Shown in pieces: positions 1 through 11,126 of a DNA stretch of 55,842 nucleotides. The translations under genes were made by a program, and so were the position numbers. Every line of letters begins with the position of its first letter. Position 1 is the first letter of the stretch. Location: positions 176,915,370 through 176,971,211 of the forward strand of contig NC_068982.1 of the NCBI RefSeq assembly GCF_001194135.2, read 5' to 3'. The notes under the pieces were generated by a model. The model was not told the DNA's origin and made no database searches. It saw only the letters and a list, made by a program, of their open reading frames with translations. This stretch comes from Octopus bimaculoides. Lineage: Eukaryota.

Positions 1-291
1 TATATATATACATGCCCATGTACGAGTACGTATGTGTTTCTGTGTATATTTGAGCGAGTGTAAATTTACCTATAAATAGGTATATTGTAAGATTTTGAGA
101 AGTTCAGTGTGTCACACTGACCAGAGGGCTGTTCCAAGGTGGTAACTGTGACAAGTCGCATTGAGGTTTTTTGTTTACAGAGTATACCCTAATTACATAT
201 ATAAATACGATATTCTTTTTATATACATATTTTCCAAGATTTTCTTAACATATGATGTCGATACTAATGGAGGATAGTTGGTCATGTACAT

Positions 292-345
292 CCGGTGTTG
301 CGCCAGCATAGCTACAGTTTTGAGCTGAAACCAATTAAATATATA
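292..345 (+). repeat. Orphan SINE/LINE 3' tail remnant
   Basis: ggtgttgcgccagcatagctacagttttgagctgaaac resembles the tail seen at 891-950, 1383-1440(-), 42071-42140(-) and 47128-47186. Confidence 0.45.
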
Positions 346-890
346 TGTATATATCCATGTGCGCATATATAAGCTTTTCTTTGTACACAGAATTCTAAAA
401 TGAGATAATGTGATAATTGTGTGCATTTGTTTATGTACAGCCTTTATGTATAGGTGTTATTATAGCGCATTTCAGCAGTCACCGGAAGTTGCTTGAATCT
501 AAATAAGTATGATATACGATTTTCATGGGGTTTGCATGCTAGGCTTTGACGGCTTTAAGGAGGAGAGCTCTAAGACCATCCGCTTACAGATGCGCATTTC
601 CGGACAGAACGCTTACTGCTTCAGTTATTTCGTGATCTATTATAATTACAAGCATTTAATATTCGTGATAAACATTTCACCAGTAAGTTACCATTGAATG
701 TTTATTTGTTGTTCTTTCCTTGTCCCCGAGAAAAGACATTCGTAACTGTTCTTGGAATTAATGCCAGATCTGTGAATATACACCACTTTTCGTTTTTTCA
801 CATGCAATAACACTCGGAACTCACGAACAATCATACACACACAAGTATGTATGTGCACAGTCACAAGCATATGTATTTGAGTATTTATCA

Positions 891-950
891 CTAGCGGCGC
901 TCCAGCATGGCTACAACTTTATGGCTGAAATTTATGAAAGAAAAAAAGAA
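891..950 (+). repeat. SINE/LINE 3' tail (gcggcgctccagcatgg...gctgaaa...aaagaaaaaaagaa)
   Basis: Matches the 3' tails of the SINE-A copies and the CR1-like LINE in this window. Confidence 0.6.
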
Positions 951-1127
951 TGTATGAAGCCTGATTTTTCTGATCAACGTGAGATTTTATAAAACATTGA
1001 CTGTCGTTATATTGTATCCACTGTATTCAAATAATTTTAATTCTTTTATACACGCAGCGCCAGTAGACAATTATAGGCGTACTCTGTATCACAGTTTGGT
1101 TAAAAACATAAAAGCACAAATGTTAAC

Positions 1128-1132
<5 letters not shown>

Positions 1133-1173
<41 letters not shown>
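1133..1173. repeat. (CA)n microsatellite running into an assembly gap
   Basis: Direct inspection. Confidence 0.98.
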
Positions 1174-1382
1174 NNNNNNNNNNNNNNNNNNNNNNNNNNN
1201 NNNNNNNNNNNNNNNNNNNNNNNNNNNNNNNNNNNNNNNNNNNNNNNNNNNNNNNNNNNNNNNNNNNNNNNNNNNNNNNNNNNNNNNNNNNNNNNNNNNN
1301 NNNNNNNNNNNNNNNNNNNNNNNNNNNNNNNNNNNNNNNNNNNNNNNNNTATATATTCATTTATATATATATTCTTTTATTA

Positions 1383-2200
1383 TTTTTTCTCTTACTGGTT
1401 TCACTCAGAGCGTTACACCATGCTGGACCACCGCCTTTCAATGCTTTGAGCTCTCCTTTCTATACTATTTTGGGTGAAGTTCAAGCTCGACGATGCTGCT
1501 CTTTTTTGTGCCTCCTGCCGTGATGTGAGCTCATCTACGATTTCAGATAGAAATTTGTCCATATTTGTTTTGGACGTTTCCATATCTACACCTTGCAGAT
1601 CTCTTTGATTCCTTGGCAGGATATTAAACCTTTGTGGATCACTGAAACCCAAGCTGTTGCAGTACTGGATTCTTATCTGAGATGAAGAACACGGTATCTT
1701 TGGTATTATCCAGTACGTCCAGATCCGTGATTGGGAAAGCTTTTAATTCCAAATCTGGGAAATAGGGGGTTCCAGAATATTCCATATGTATATCACAGCA
1801 TACCTTTCTCGCCTCTCTCCAGGGAGTAGAATTTCAGGCTTTGTAACATTTCCGTGTAGCTCACGTGTCTCACCGAGTTATTCTTCTTTGTGTAGAGATG
1901 CTGGATTGCCTTAAGTTCCGCCACGAATTTGACGCTCAGCGGCAACCACAGTTGGGAGCAGTAATCAGGCGACTGATGGAAAATATGCTCCATAATAGTA
2001 GCAAGGTATCCTTATATTTGATTCTGAATGATTTAAGAGCCCATCCATCAACTCGCCTGCACAGTGTTACCATCCTGGCAACATGTACTCTTGGTATGCT
2101 GCATCACTACTCATGTTGACTCCCATATCACACACCAAATCTAAGTAAGCGATTGCACTGTCCCCTGGTCATATGAATTCCGATTGTAATCTGCTTGTGG
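1383..2200 (-). mobile_element. CR1/L2-group LINE, 5'-truncated 3' fragment (RT C-terminus plus 3' tail), frameshifted
   Basis: Minus-strand pieces VCDMGVNMSSD..., DYCSQLW...ELKAIQHLYTK...SYTEMLQSLKFYSLER and PQRFNILPRNQRDLQGVDMETSKTNMDKFLSEIVDE match the CR1-type ORF2 C-terminus (DLGV / LEYCSQLW / RLKSLKLYSLERRR / GPQLFNILP / LDKFL); A-rich 3' tail near 1383. Confidence 0.85.
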
Positions 2201-2477
2201 GATCATAAGGGAGTACTTGAAACTTATCAGTATTTAACTGCTTGCTATATCTAACAGCCCATTTGTATATTGAAAATGGGTCATAACCCCAAAATATTTT
2301 CTCCCCTCCCCACTTATGGAACGATATCCGTAAATCTTGAGGGATAATGAGAAAATCCTAGCAGATTTGTGACCAAGCTGAGATTGAACAAAACGCCGAA
2401 TTATTAAAGAGGTAACGGATGGCTAATGTTCATACACAAACACACTGACAGGCAATCACGCGGGTGTACACACACGA

Positions 2478-2520
2478 CCACACCCATCCACTCGCCTATC
2501 CACACCCATCCACTCGCCTA
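2478..2520. repeat. 21-bp direct duplication (ccacacccatccactcgccta x2, period 22)
   Basis: Copies at 2478-2498 and 2500-2520. Confidence 0.9.
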
Positions 2521-2618
2521 ATTTATCTAGATTGGTAGTTAAACATTATATTACGTATCCCATGGCCCGAATAATTACAGGTATAAATATGTGATGATGA
2601 ATGTATATATATATATAT

Positions 2619-2650
2619 GGATGGATGGATGGATGGATGGATGGATGGAT
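2619..2650. repeat. (GGAT)n microsatellite
   Basis: Direct inspection. Confidence 0.95.
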
Positions 2651-3217
2651 GCAAAGATTTTGTTTTCGATATGGATATACGCGATACGTGACATCCAGCA
2701 TTTAAAGTATTCATCAACAAACATCCATTTTCTGAAGTTGATGACGGACTACAAGGAGCCACGTGCTTTTGGTGTCCGCTTATTCTGACAAACTAAAACA
2801 AATAACAAACTTGCATTGAATCTATTACAATATATGTCTTTTCATAAACATAGAATCAAAGCTAATAAGGGTATTGCTAAAAACGTACTGAAATATTCTG
2901 GGGTGTAAAAAGTATACTGAATGAATTTGATTTTACAAAAATAGAAAATTTATGAATTTGGAATAAAAGACAAAATAATTATTCCTTTAATGTCTGTGTT
3001 GATTCAAACGATTCAAATGAACTTTGCGATATTGTTGGGCTATAGATATAAGAATGCAAGAATTAGTAGGTTTCAGGTTTCTTCTAGAAGTTTATATCGA
3101 TAAGACGGCACATTATTTCTCCGTCTTTCATCTTAAGTATCTTTTCAAACATATTTTTCCGTCACTTTTGAAAAATATCTAATCATTTTCAAATTTCCAG
3201 ATGGTATATTTTTCTCT

Positions 3218-3588
3218 CGTGATCCGACTTTTCGTCTGATGTCACTTTGTCCAATGCCACTTCGACCGTGTCTTTTTGTCCGACGTCTTTTTGTCCGATG
3301 ACTTTTTATCCAATTTTAAATAAACCTCTTTTAGAAAACAAGATGAACATCAAAATCAGAGAAGGAAAAAGAACAACAATAATAATAATCCTTTAACGAT
3401 GACCGTTATATTTTGTGAATATATCATTATATATTTTGTGAATATATCATTAGAGATATTTCACCTTGTTTTCTAAAGAATTTACTTAAAATTGGACAAA
3501 ATGTCGTTGGACAAATAAATCATCGGACAAAAAGACGTGCACGAAAAGACTTTTGACGAAGTGACGTCGGACGAAAAGACAAGGCACC
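3218..3588. mobile_element. Non-autonomous foldback DNA transposon (MITE), probably Mutator/MULE-type
   Basis: About 125-bp imperfect inverted arms (about 3220-3347 and 3460-3588) built from about 15-nt subrepeats (gtctttttgtccgac / gtcggacgaaaagac); identical 9-bp flanks tttttctct at 3209-3217 and 3589-3597 consistent with a TSD. Confidence 0.8.
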
Positions 3589-4093
3589 TTTTTCTCTCAC
3601 ACACAAAAATATTTCTCTCTCTCATATAAAAAAAAAAAAACGGACTAAATATTTTCAAAATTACTTTACAGTGTTATTAAGAATTTAGTTTAAAATGCCG
3701 TTCAATGATTCAAATGTTCACGTATTCTAAAGAAGCTTTAGGTGAAGTAGCTTCACAGAACATATGTATCATGTAACTGAAAACACAAAATTAACAACTA
3801 TGAACTTTAACCAGACTAGTATGTGTCACATAACATGTCGATAGACATAGCTATACAAATTTCAAACTCATATAAGAACAATACAACAAATTTCTCCACT
3901 CAAAAAGAATCAGCTTAGTGTGCCACACGGAACACCAGCTGAACCACAGTTTATAAATCTATTCGGTCGAATAGATATTTCCCTATAACTTATACACATA
4001 TAGATATCAGAACTGGAAACTGGAATTATCGCTATCGAAACGTAGCTAAAATTTAACATAACGACCATTTAAATATATGGATATTTTTATCAT

Positions 4094-4197
4094 AGGCAGA
4101 GTCGTAGCTGTGTGGTAAGAAGATTGTTTCCTAATCTCATTGTTCCGGGTTCAGTGCGTGGCACCTTGGCCAACTGTATTCTACGTTAGTGTCAGGG
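4094..4197 (+). mobile_element. SINE family A, tRNA-derived 5' head only
   Basis: gtcgtagctgtgtggtaagaagattgtttcc...ccgggttcagtgcgtggcaccttggccaactgtattctac is homologous to the head of the full copy at 42071-42448(-); A/B-box-like motifs. Confidence 0.75.
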
Positions 4198-4219
4198 AGG
4201 TCTTCTTTTCATTCGATAT

Positions 4220-4399
4220 ATATATAAATATATGGAAAAAATTCAAGGTAGAAAATGCTGAAATCATTTTATAAAAAACATTTCAGTACCGGTTTCAGTC
4301 ATTGAGACTTTTTCAAATGTAAGTATGGAATACAATTAAATTTTGGAAAGATTAAAAGAAAAGTTTTTTAAAAGAATATTTGCATAGTTTTCAAATACA
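4220..4399 (+). mobile_element. Left arm of TA-flanked foldback element, truncated by a gap
   Basis: Closely similar to 15055-15225 (tatatggaaaaa...gaaaatgctgaaat...cagtaccggtttcagtcattgagactttttca...aaagaatatttgcatag). Confidence 0.85.
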
Positions 4400-5132
4400 N
4401 NNNNNNNNNNNNNNNNNNNNNNNNNNNNNNNNNNNNNNNNNNNNNNNNNNNNNNNNNNNNNNNNNNNNNNNNNNNNNNNNNNNNNNNNNNNNNNNNNNNN
4501 NNNNNNNNNNNNNNNNNNNNNNNNNNNNNNNNNNNNNNNNNNNNNNNNNNNNNNNNNNNNNNNNNNNNNNNNNNNNNNNNNNNNNNNNNNNNNNNNNNNN
4601 NNNNNNNNNNNNNNNNNNNNNNNNNNNNNNNNNNNNNNNNNNNNNNNNNNNNNNNNNNNNNNNNNNNNNNNNNNNNNNNNNNNNNNNNNNNNNNNNNNNN
4701 NNNNNNNNNNNNNNNNNNNNNNNNNNNNNNNNNNNNNNNNNNNNNNNNNNNNNNNNNNNNNNNNNNNNNNNNNNNNNNNNNNNNNNNNNNNNNNNNNNNN
4801 NNNNNNNNNNNNNNNNNNNNNNNNNNNNNNNNNNNNNNNNNNNNNNNNNNNNNNNNNNNNNNNNNNNNNNNNNNNNNNNNNNNNNNNNNNNNNNNNNNNN
4901 NNNNNNNNNNNNNNNNNNNNNNNNNNNNNNNNNNNNNNNNNNNNNNNNNNNNNNNNNNNNNNNNNNNNNNNNNNNNNNNNNNNNNNNNNNNNAATAACAC
5001 CTACGCAAATTTTCTAATGAAAACATTATTCAACAAAGATATTTCAGGAATTCAATCACTACTACCGTCCACAACGGGTTACTTTCAGGGCACTTGACCA
5101 TTTAACATACTACCATCATAGCACTCTCGCAT

Positions 5133-5139
5133 TCTTCTT

Positions 5140-5168
<29 letters not shown>
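5133..5168. repeat. (TTC)n microsatellite
   Basis: Direct inspection. Confidence 0.95.
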
Positions 5169-5171
<3 letters not shown>

Positions 5172-5482
5172 ATATTTATGTATCTACGTATATACATACA
5201 TATATATATAACGAAATTTCCGATTATTTTCTTTTAAAATTATGAAGTTTCATTGGGTATATTTTACAATAGATTATATAGGAGCTTGTTCTGAAACATA
5301 ACATAGTTGAAGAAATTATCAGTTTACATATCAAATAACCATTCAAACCTATTTACTCACGTACTTTATTCCATCTTCATTGACTTTAATCACATTATTG
5401 TAATTTGTATTTTAATATAATCAATTTTACAATTTATCACTTAATTTGACATCAAATGATTTCATACACACACTTATATTGC

Positions 5483-5520
<38 letters not shown>

Positions 5521-6449
5521 TAATTGAGATAACATTATTTGATGAAACTATTAAATTATTCCTGACATCGACAAAAATATCGTTCATGTGATACTAAACT
5601 GCAAAGTATAATGTTATTTAAAAATGAGTTCTATATTTTTCCGTTTTTATGCCTTAAGCATTTAAGATGCTATTGTGTAAGCAATGCAGAGACAAATCAA
5701 ATCTTTCAAATGCACTTATTTGGGGATTGCTACTCTAGTATGCATGCTATTACATACAAAAAAGGCACACTTTTACACGCACATACACATACATACACAG
5801 GAGCACAATTGTTTTCTTGTTAGTATCCTCGTGCAGCCTCGATAACGTACTCCAGTTATTAACTCTTCTATAGACTTCTGCATGATTCTTGAGTGGTGTC
5901 ATGCCAATCTTGATCTCCCATCATCATCAGAAAGCGACAATCCCTACTCATGTCAAGCAAACAAGCTTTGATACCACTCCGACATGAGCGACATGCAAAT
6001 CAAAAATTTATTATTCAGCTCTTAGTGTTTTCTGTCATTGTGGCAGTATCGAACACATAAAAGCTCCTGACTTTTGTCTTCGGACTTACAGAATAATTCA
6101 ACTCCAACAGCTACTAGCCTTTTACAAAACTGAAGTGTGACCCACGATTAAGTACTACTCTCTCATACGATAAAGGAATTACATTATGTAACACACTTAT
6201 TGTTCTTCGGTAATTATCTGTTAATTGTTTGTGTTGAAAAACTACAGAAAATTGCTATTATTTCTTTTCGCTTTTATCACGTGTATAATAATATTATGAG
6301 CGTCATCTATTTCCTATAGGAAAACGAGTGAATTTGCTCGTTTTCATTCACTTATCCTCGGTGTAAATAACATAAAAATCAAATTTAACATTTAAATATA
6401 CTTACATTTAATATGCATTTATACTTAAAGTGAATACAAAAATTTATAA

Positions 6450-7110
6450 GTTCTTTGGTTTTCGAGATCTGCCATTGTAATGTAAATCCCATTCACGTAT
6501 CACTCATGAAACACATTGTTCCATCGTGTTTTTATTATGGAACCCATGGTAGTGGTGTCTAAAATCGAGTATATACTGGTAGAAGCGGTGACCATTTTTC
6601 GTCAATGAGATGTATCTTCAGGTATAAACTGCAGCCCATTTTCCATAGTTCTGCAACAGTCCTACTTTGCATAGTTTTTTGTTTCGTGATTTCACAGTAA
6701 ACATGGAATCAACGCGGCAAAGCAGTCGTAACCTGCTCCCTCCTTCTTAATGAAATTCTTGGGGAATTTCGTGCATTTCATTAACTTTTCTAAGTGTGGT
6801 TTGACAGTGACACCTGCTTTGAGCTTTACCTCAAATAGTTTAGTCGAGAAGTGCTGAAGACGTTTACACCTGCAGACATATTATCTGGAGCCGAACAAAT
6901 TACATAAGATCCAATTTTATATGCAGAGATGGTTACAACAACTTCCATGGTCCGTCAGCGGTACACACATAAGTTGAGCTCAATTTAATGTAGCTAATGG
7001 CAGCTGTGATAAAGCCCCGTTGTATTCCCATTGTTGTCTCATAGGCAAATACAGTAGAAAAACTTTATAAAATCGTTTGAAAGATCCATTTGTAATTCCA
7101 CTAATTTAAA
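6450..7110 (-). mobile_element. Chapaev3-like (CMC) DNA transposase remnant, heavily decayed
   Basis: Manual minus-strand translation across frames gives FIKFFYCICL*D, PSLHIKLDLM*FVR, KLFEVKLKAGVTVKPHLEKLMKCTKFPKNFIKKE...NHETKNY, LKIHLID and GHRFYQYILDFRHHYHG...IREWDLHYN. These parallel the Chapaev3 motifs CYLCLWDSR / PPLHIKLGLMKQFV / LSEAKLKAGVFVGP / SLKIH / GERFHQDI..ERRYQG. Confidence 0.72.
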
Positions 7111-7486
7111 TCTCCGGTGAGTTCCTAGCCTTTCTTATCACATTTAAAGACATATAGCAAGACATTGGCACTGTTGTGTTCTTCGTTTGAGGTCCCTAAG
7201 TGATCCAGAGAAAGAGTTATATATTTATTTCCGTTACGAAGCAGCAAGCTTTTTATACTCTGTCGGGAGCTGTCAGTGAAAAGGTGCCATACGGTTAGGT
7301 TACAAATAATTTCAATTGCCTCAAAAATACTGGTCACATGTTAGCAGCAGCAGAGCTCATCTTGATACATCGAGAAACTCGCAAAACATCTGATTCCCCT
7401 CACTTGTGAGCTACATCTAACAACTATGTTTGAACATAGATTCAATATCTTGGTATTGGACTTCGCAAGAGGCCAAAATATGGCAT

Positions 7487-7519
7487 CTAGTAGATGTGAT
7501 CTTTGATCACATCTACTAG
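7487..7519. other. Perfect 15-bp inverted repeat with 3-nt loop
   Basis: ctagtagatgtgatc-ttt-gatcacatctactag. Confidence 0.95.
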
Positions 7520-7647
7520 GCTGCACTTCTGTCTCTCTTACGCTGTACCTACGGCCCTATTCTGATATGCTGCTCCCCCTCTCTCATTCTCTCTCTCCTT
7601 TTCGTGCTCTCCCTCCCCTCTCTCTCTCCCTCTCTCTTTCTTTGCAG

Positions 7648-7769
7648 TGAGCCAAGAGCAGTGTGACACCAATGTGAAACATGCTGCAAGGTGCGGATAT
7701 ATGTTACCAGATGAGTTTTTGTCATCGCAACGTTTGGAAGTGTTCAGGAAGAAGTGGCACTTACCGTAA
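7648..7769 (+). CDS. Candidate terminal coding exon of an unidentified host gene (SQEQCDTNVKHAARCGYMLPDEFLSSQRLEVFRKKWHLP*)
   Basis: Very strong polypyrimidine tract (about 7590-7643) ending tttgcag at 7647; 39 open codons in phase 1 to TAA at 7767-7769; GC higher than flanks; AATAAA motifs downstream. Alternative: a 43-nt exon using AAG|GTGCGG at 7690. No protein family recognised. Confidence 0.45.
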
Positions 7770-9297
7770 AGACCCATGAAATTTGTGCACCTGTGTAATT
7801 TACGCAGGTAATTTGCAAAATAAAATTTGTTAAAATCCTTCTACCCATGTAAAACGTAGCACCGAAAAGTTTCCAGAATAGCTGATATAGCCTAGTAATA
7901 AACAGACAAAAATAAAACCATGCAATCAAGAGTATCCATATCATTATGTTTCTTCCGGTCAGGAAGATCCATATTCCTATGTATGTCAATGGTGCTCCAT
8001 TGTGATACGTAGAAACTCCAAGTAATGTAAAATATGGTCCAGACTGTTTTTACCAGCATGGACGTTAGACTTCAAAAAGTAGTTAACCATTTAATGGTTT
8101 TAGTAAATGTATACAGAAAAAGTAAGCATTATACCGTCTAGCATAAATAAAAGTTAACTTCATTATATGTAAGCCATTGTTTTTTCTGTAAAAACCGATT
8201 CTGACATTAAATGAGTGAACTTCCGGTACGAATGTTTATGTCTTGTAAGTCTTTTTTCAACTACAAAAAATTTCAAAAAAATTCCGGAAATGATCTACTC
8301 CTCTAATTTACGCACATCTTAAAGTTTATTTTTATTTTTACGAAAAAAAGTGCGTAAATAACATAGGTTTTACTTTAATCTTAAGTAGGTTCTCACTTAA
8401 TTCTTAAGATAGCAATCGTGGTGGTTCTTTCTTACATTCTGTATCCTCCTCTAAAAGATTAAAATAAAACTGCTGTTGAGAAAAATTTATTTTATTTTCC
8501 CTGTCAATAAAAGGTAAAATATTCCCGAAAGCATGTTTTATATCCGATTGGTATTTTCTAAAACATTGGAAATTAATGCTTTGGAAGTTTCAAATTTTTA
8601 GAACAAACTTTTGTTATAGTAAATACATGCACTTTTCAAGTAAGAAAAGATACCACATATTACGTTCTAAAGTATTCTACACTGCACGCAGGTGACATGA
8701 CGTTCACAGAAAAGGTTTTGGTCACCAACAAACATGATAAAATATACTTTGTAATCCTCATTTATTTTAGATGGATCACAGTACTTTGCCACTGTTGTCT
8801 TGATAAATATGATAAATGTTCCACAAACATAGTAAAATAAGCCGGGCTGGTGCTCACAGCCTCGCGACGTTATCTCACTCTAAGTAGGTATATATAATGT
8901 AGATAGACAGATAGGACTAAACAGAAATGGTGAGTTTATAAGTCCCTGTATTTTTATTAGTATTTATATTACTGCTAATTTCTAAAGAATTGAAGAAAGT
9001 TGTTGAGTGAAATGAGAAATTCAAGAAAGTACTTGAACGTCCTCGAAAGTTTGAGAACTTTTCTATCAGCTACTCAGCAGCGAATATATATCGAATTTTC
9101 AGAATAACAGGTAATTTAAAATGTCATTATTGCGGCCAAAAATGTAATGCTTGATGAGAAAACAAGTATTTCCTATACGTTGTCGGAATATGTTCAGTAG
9201 TCAAGACGTAATCATTTTGCTAGAGTGTTTTATTACATAGTTAGCAGGAAAGAATATTTCTAACCACAGAATACTGATACAAACAAGCATTTGCGCG

Positions 9298-9299
<2 letters not shown>

Positions 9300-9346
<47 letters not shown>

Positions 9347-9418
9347 NNNNNNNNNNTACATACATACATGCATATGTGTGTGTGTAGCGAGAGAGAAATA
9401 GAGAGAGAGAAAGAGAGT

Positions 9419-9450
<32 letters not shown>

Positions 9451-9451
9451 A

Positions 9452-9484
<33 letters not shown>

Positions 9485-9525
9485 AATATAGAGAGAGAAA
9501 TATAGAGAGAGAAATAGAGAGAGAT
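9300..9525. repeat. Compound (CA)n / (GA)n-rich microsatellite
   Basis: Direct inspection; includes a small gap. Confidence 0.95.
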
Positions 9526-9607
9526 TCTGTTAAGTTAAAAATTTTCAATTATATAGGAACAAATCATAAAACATAGAATTGCAAATGATTAAGAAAAAGC
9601 TTTCGAA

Positions 9608-9646
9608 ATGTCGAAGTACTTTCGCTGTTTACAGCTTCTCAGACAC
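9608..9646 (-). ncRNA. Degenerate minimal type I hammerhead-like motif
   Basis: Minus strand: gtgt CUGA-GA A GCUG-UAAA-CAGC GAAA GUAC UUC gacat. Perfect 4-bp stem II and palindromic AAGUACUU, but the core lacks N7. Confidence 0.35.
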
Positions 9647-10042
9647 GCGTGTTAGGTGGGTGTGTAAGTTATGATTAATTAATTAATTGAAGACATTGCA
9701 GGTAATATGACATATTTTTGTAGAGCAATATCGAAAATCAAGTGCGAGCCTAAACCTTAATATAATTGCTTTTAGTAGCCATGTTGACTATTTGTCAGTG
9801 AGTTTCGGATATGTAATTCTTATTTAGTGTTCTCCTTCCGCTTTGTTGTTCATCATTTTCTTCCTTTATTTTACAAAACGGGAATATTTTGAATTTTCCG
9901 TTTGTGGAAATGTCTACTTGCTTATTACATCGAGCAATTGTAGAAGATGAATTTCTAATTTGTTGCTTATTTACTCTGTGTGTGTGTATTCAGAAGCATT
10001 TCTAGATAACTCTACTCATGGACACACACATACATACACGCC

Positions 10043-10043
<1 letters not shown>

Positions 10044-10092
<49 letters not shown>
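10044..10092. repeat. (TA)n microsatellite
   Basis: Direct inspection. Confidence 0.97.
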
Positions 10093-10096
<4 letters not shown>

Positions 10097-11126
10097 ACAC
10101 ACACGCACACTTATGTAGCGAAGAACAAAGGACAAAGTACAAGAAACATATAGTCAACGTATGTTTAGTCAACTATATATTACTTTGACGCTTGATGGAA
10201 ATGAAAGAGTTGATGGCTATAATGCTTCTGACGTTGTTCTTTTAAACATAAAAGAAAAATGCGGAAAATCTAAACGAGAGCATGCACGTGGTGGTTTTCG
10301 CTGGCATGTTTCACTCCTTCTTGATGGGAAATAAAGAGCATGATAATATGGTTATTAGTTGGCAGAAATGCGAAACGTATACCAGGCATATGCTTGTGTA
10401 CGCTTTTCGTGCGTGTTCGTTTGTGCGTTTGTGAGTGATTTGCGAAAGTTGTTTTTATGTGAATTGTTCTGTGTGAATCTTCTGTTGTGTATGTGTGTGA
10501 CTATGTGTGACTAAGTGAGTGCAAGTATTTTCCAAAATCCCTTATATGTACGTACCCATGTGTGTGTGCGTTCCTCTTCTATTGACTGTAAGCGAATTCA
10601 GAACAGCTGGATTGATAGTGTTTTGTAGTCTGTACATTCTCTGTATGAGCGTGTGCATGTTATTATATATGTAATAATGCACGCGTGTGTAGTAATATTA
10701 GTACGTCGTTAATCGTTGATAACGTTTGTTTGGGATTTGTGTTTGTGTGAGATAGCTGTCGATGCTATAAGACGATGGGTGATGAACTGATGCAGAAAAA
10801 CTGGGTTTTGAGCAAAAGAACACAATACTGTTCTCTGTGAAACAAAGAGTTAGCGGATGAGTTGTGTAACACCGAGGCAAATACTTCAAGATTTTGTGTT
10901 GTGTTATCTGCGAAGCTAATATGGCAGCGAGGATATATTATTAACCGAAACGGATATCGCGAAAATGTTTCATGGCCATTTTAAGTGATCGAAAAGGTAT
11001 CACAGATGCATTTTTAGCAGTAGATAACATCGCAAGAGGCACAAATGAAAGAATCAGAATGAGAAAAGTCCTATTAGGGAAAAGTCACATTGTATGAATG
11101 TTCCCATTTATTTTTTTTTTATTCAA

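Noticed and set aside
509-697. 62-aa ORF with a CCA|GTAAGT donor at 682
   Set aside because: No recognisable domain, no good acceptor, and phase incompatible with the 7648 exon
3218-3588. Periodic 15-nt repeats as a CRISPR-like array
   Set aside because: No unique spacers, inverted arrangement with TSD, eukaryotic context
4094-4197. tRNA gene calls for SINE heads (also 43960-44037, 49320-49372)
   Set aside because: No complete cloverleaf; they continue into SINE bodies
979-5026. Long ORFs spanning N runs (also near 23.6, 26.5, 28.4, 40.4 and 46.7 kb)
   Set aside because: Artefacts of assembly gaps translated as X
10900-11126. Left TIR of the Tigger element
   Set aside because: No convincing reverse-complement match to 13088-13146
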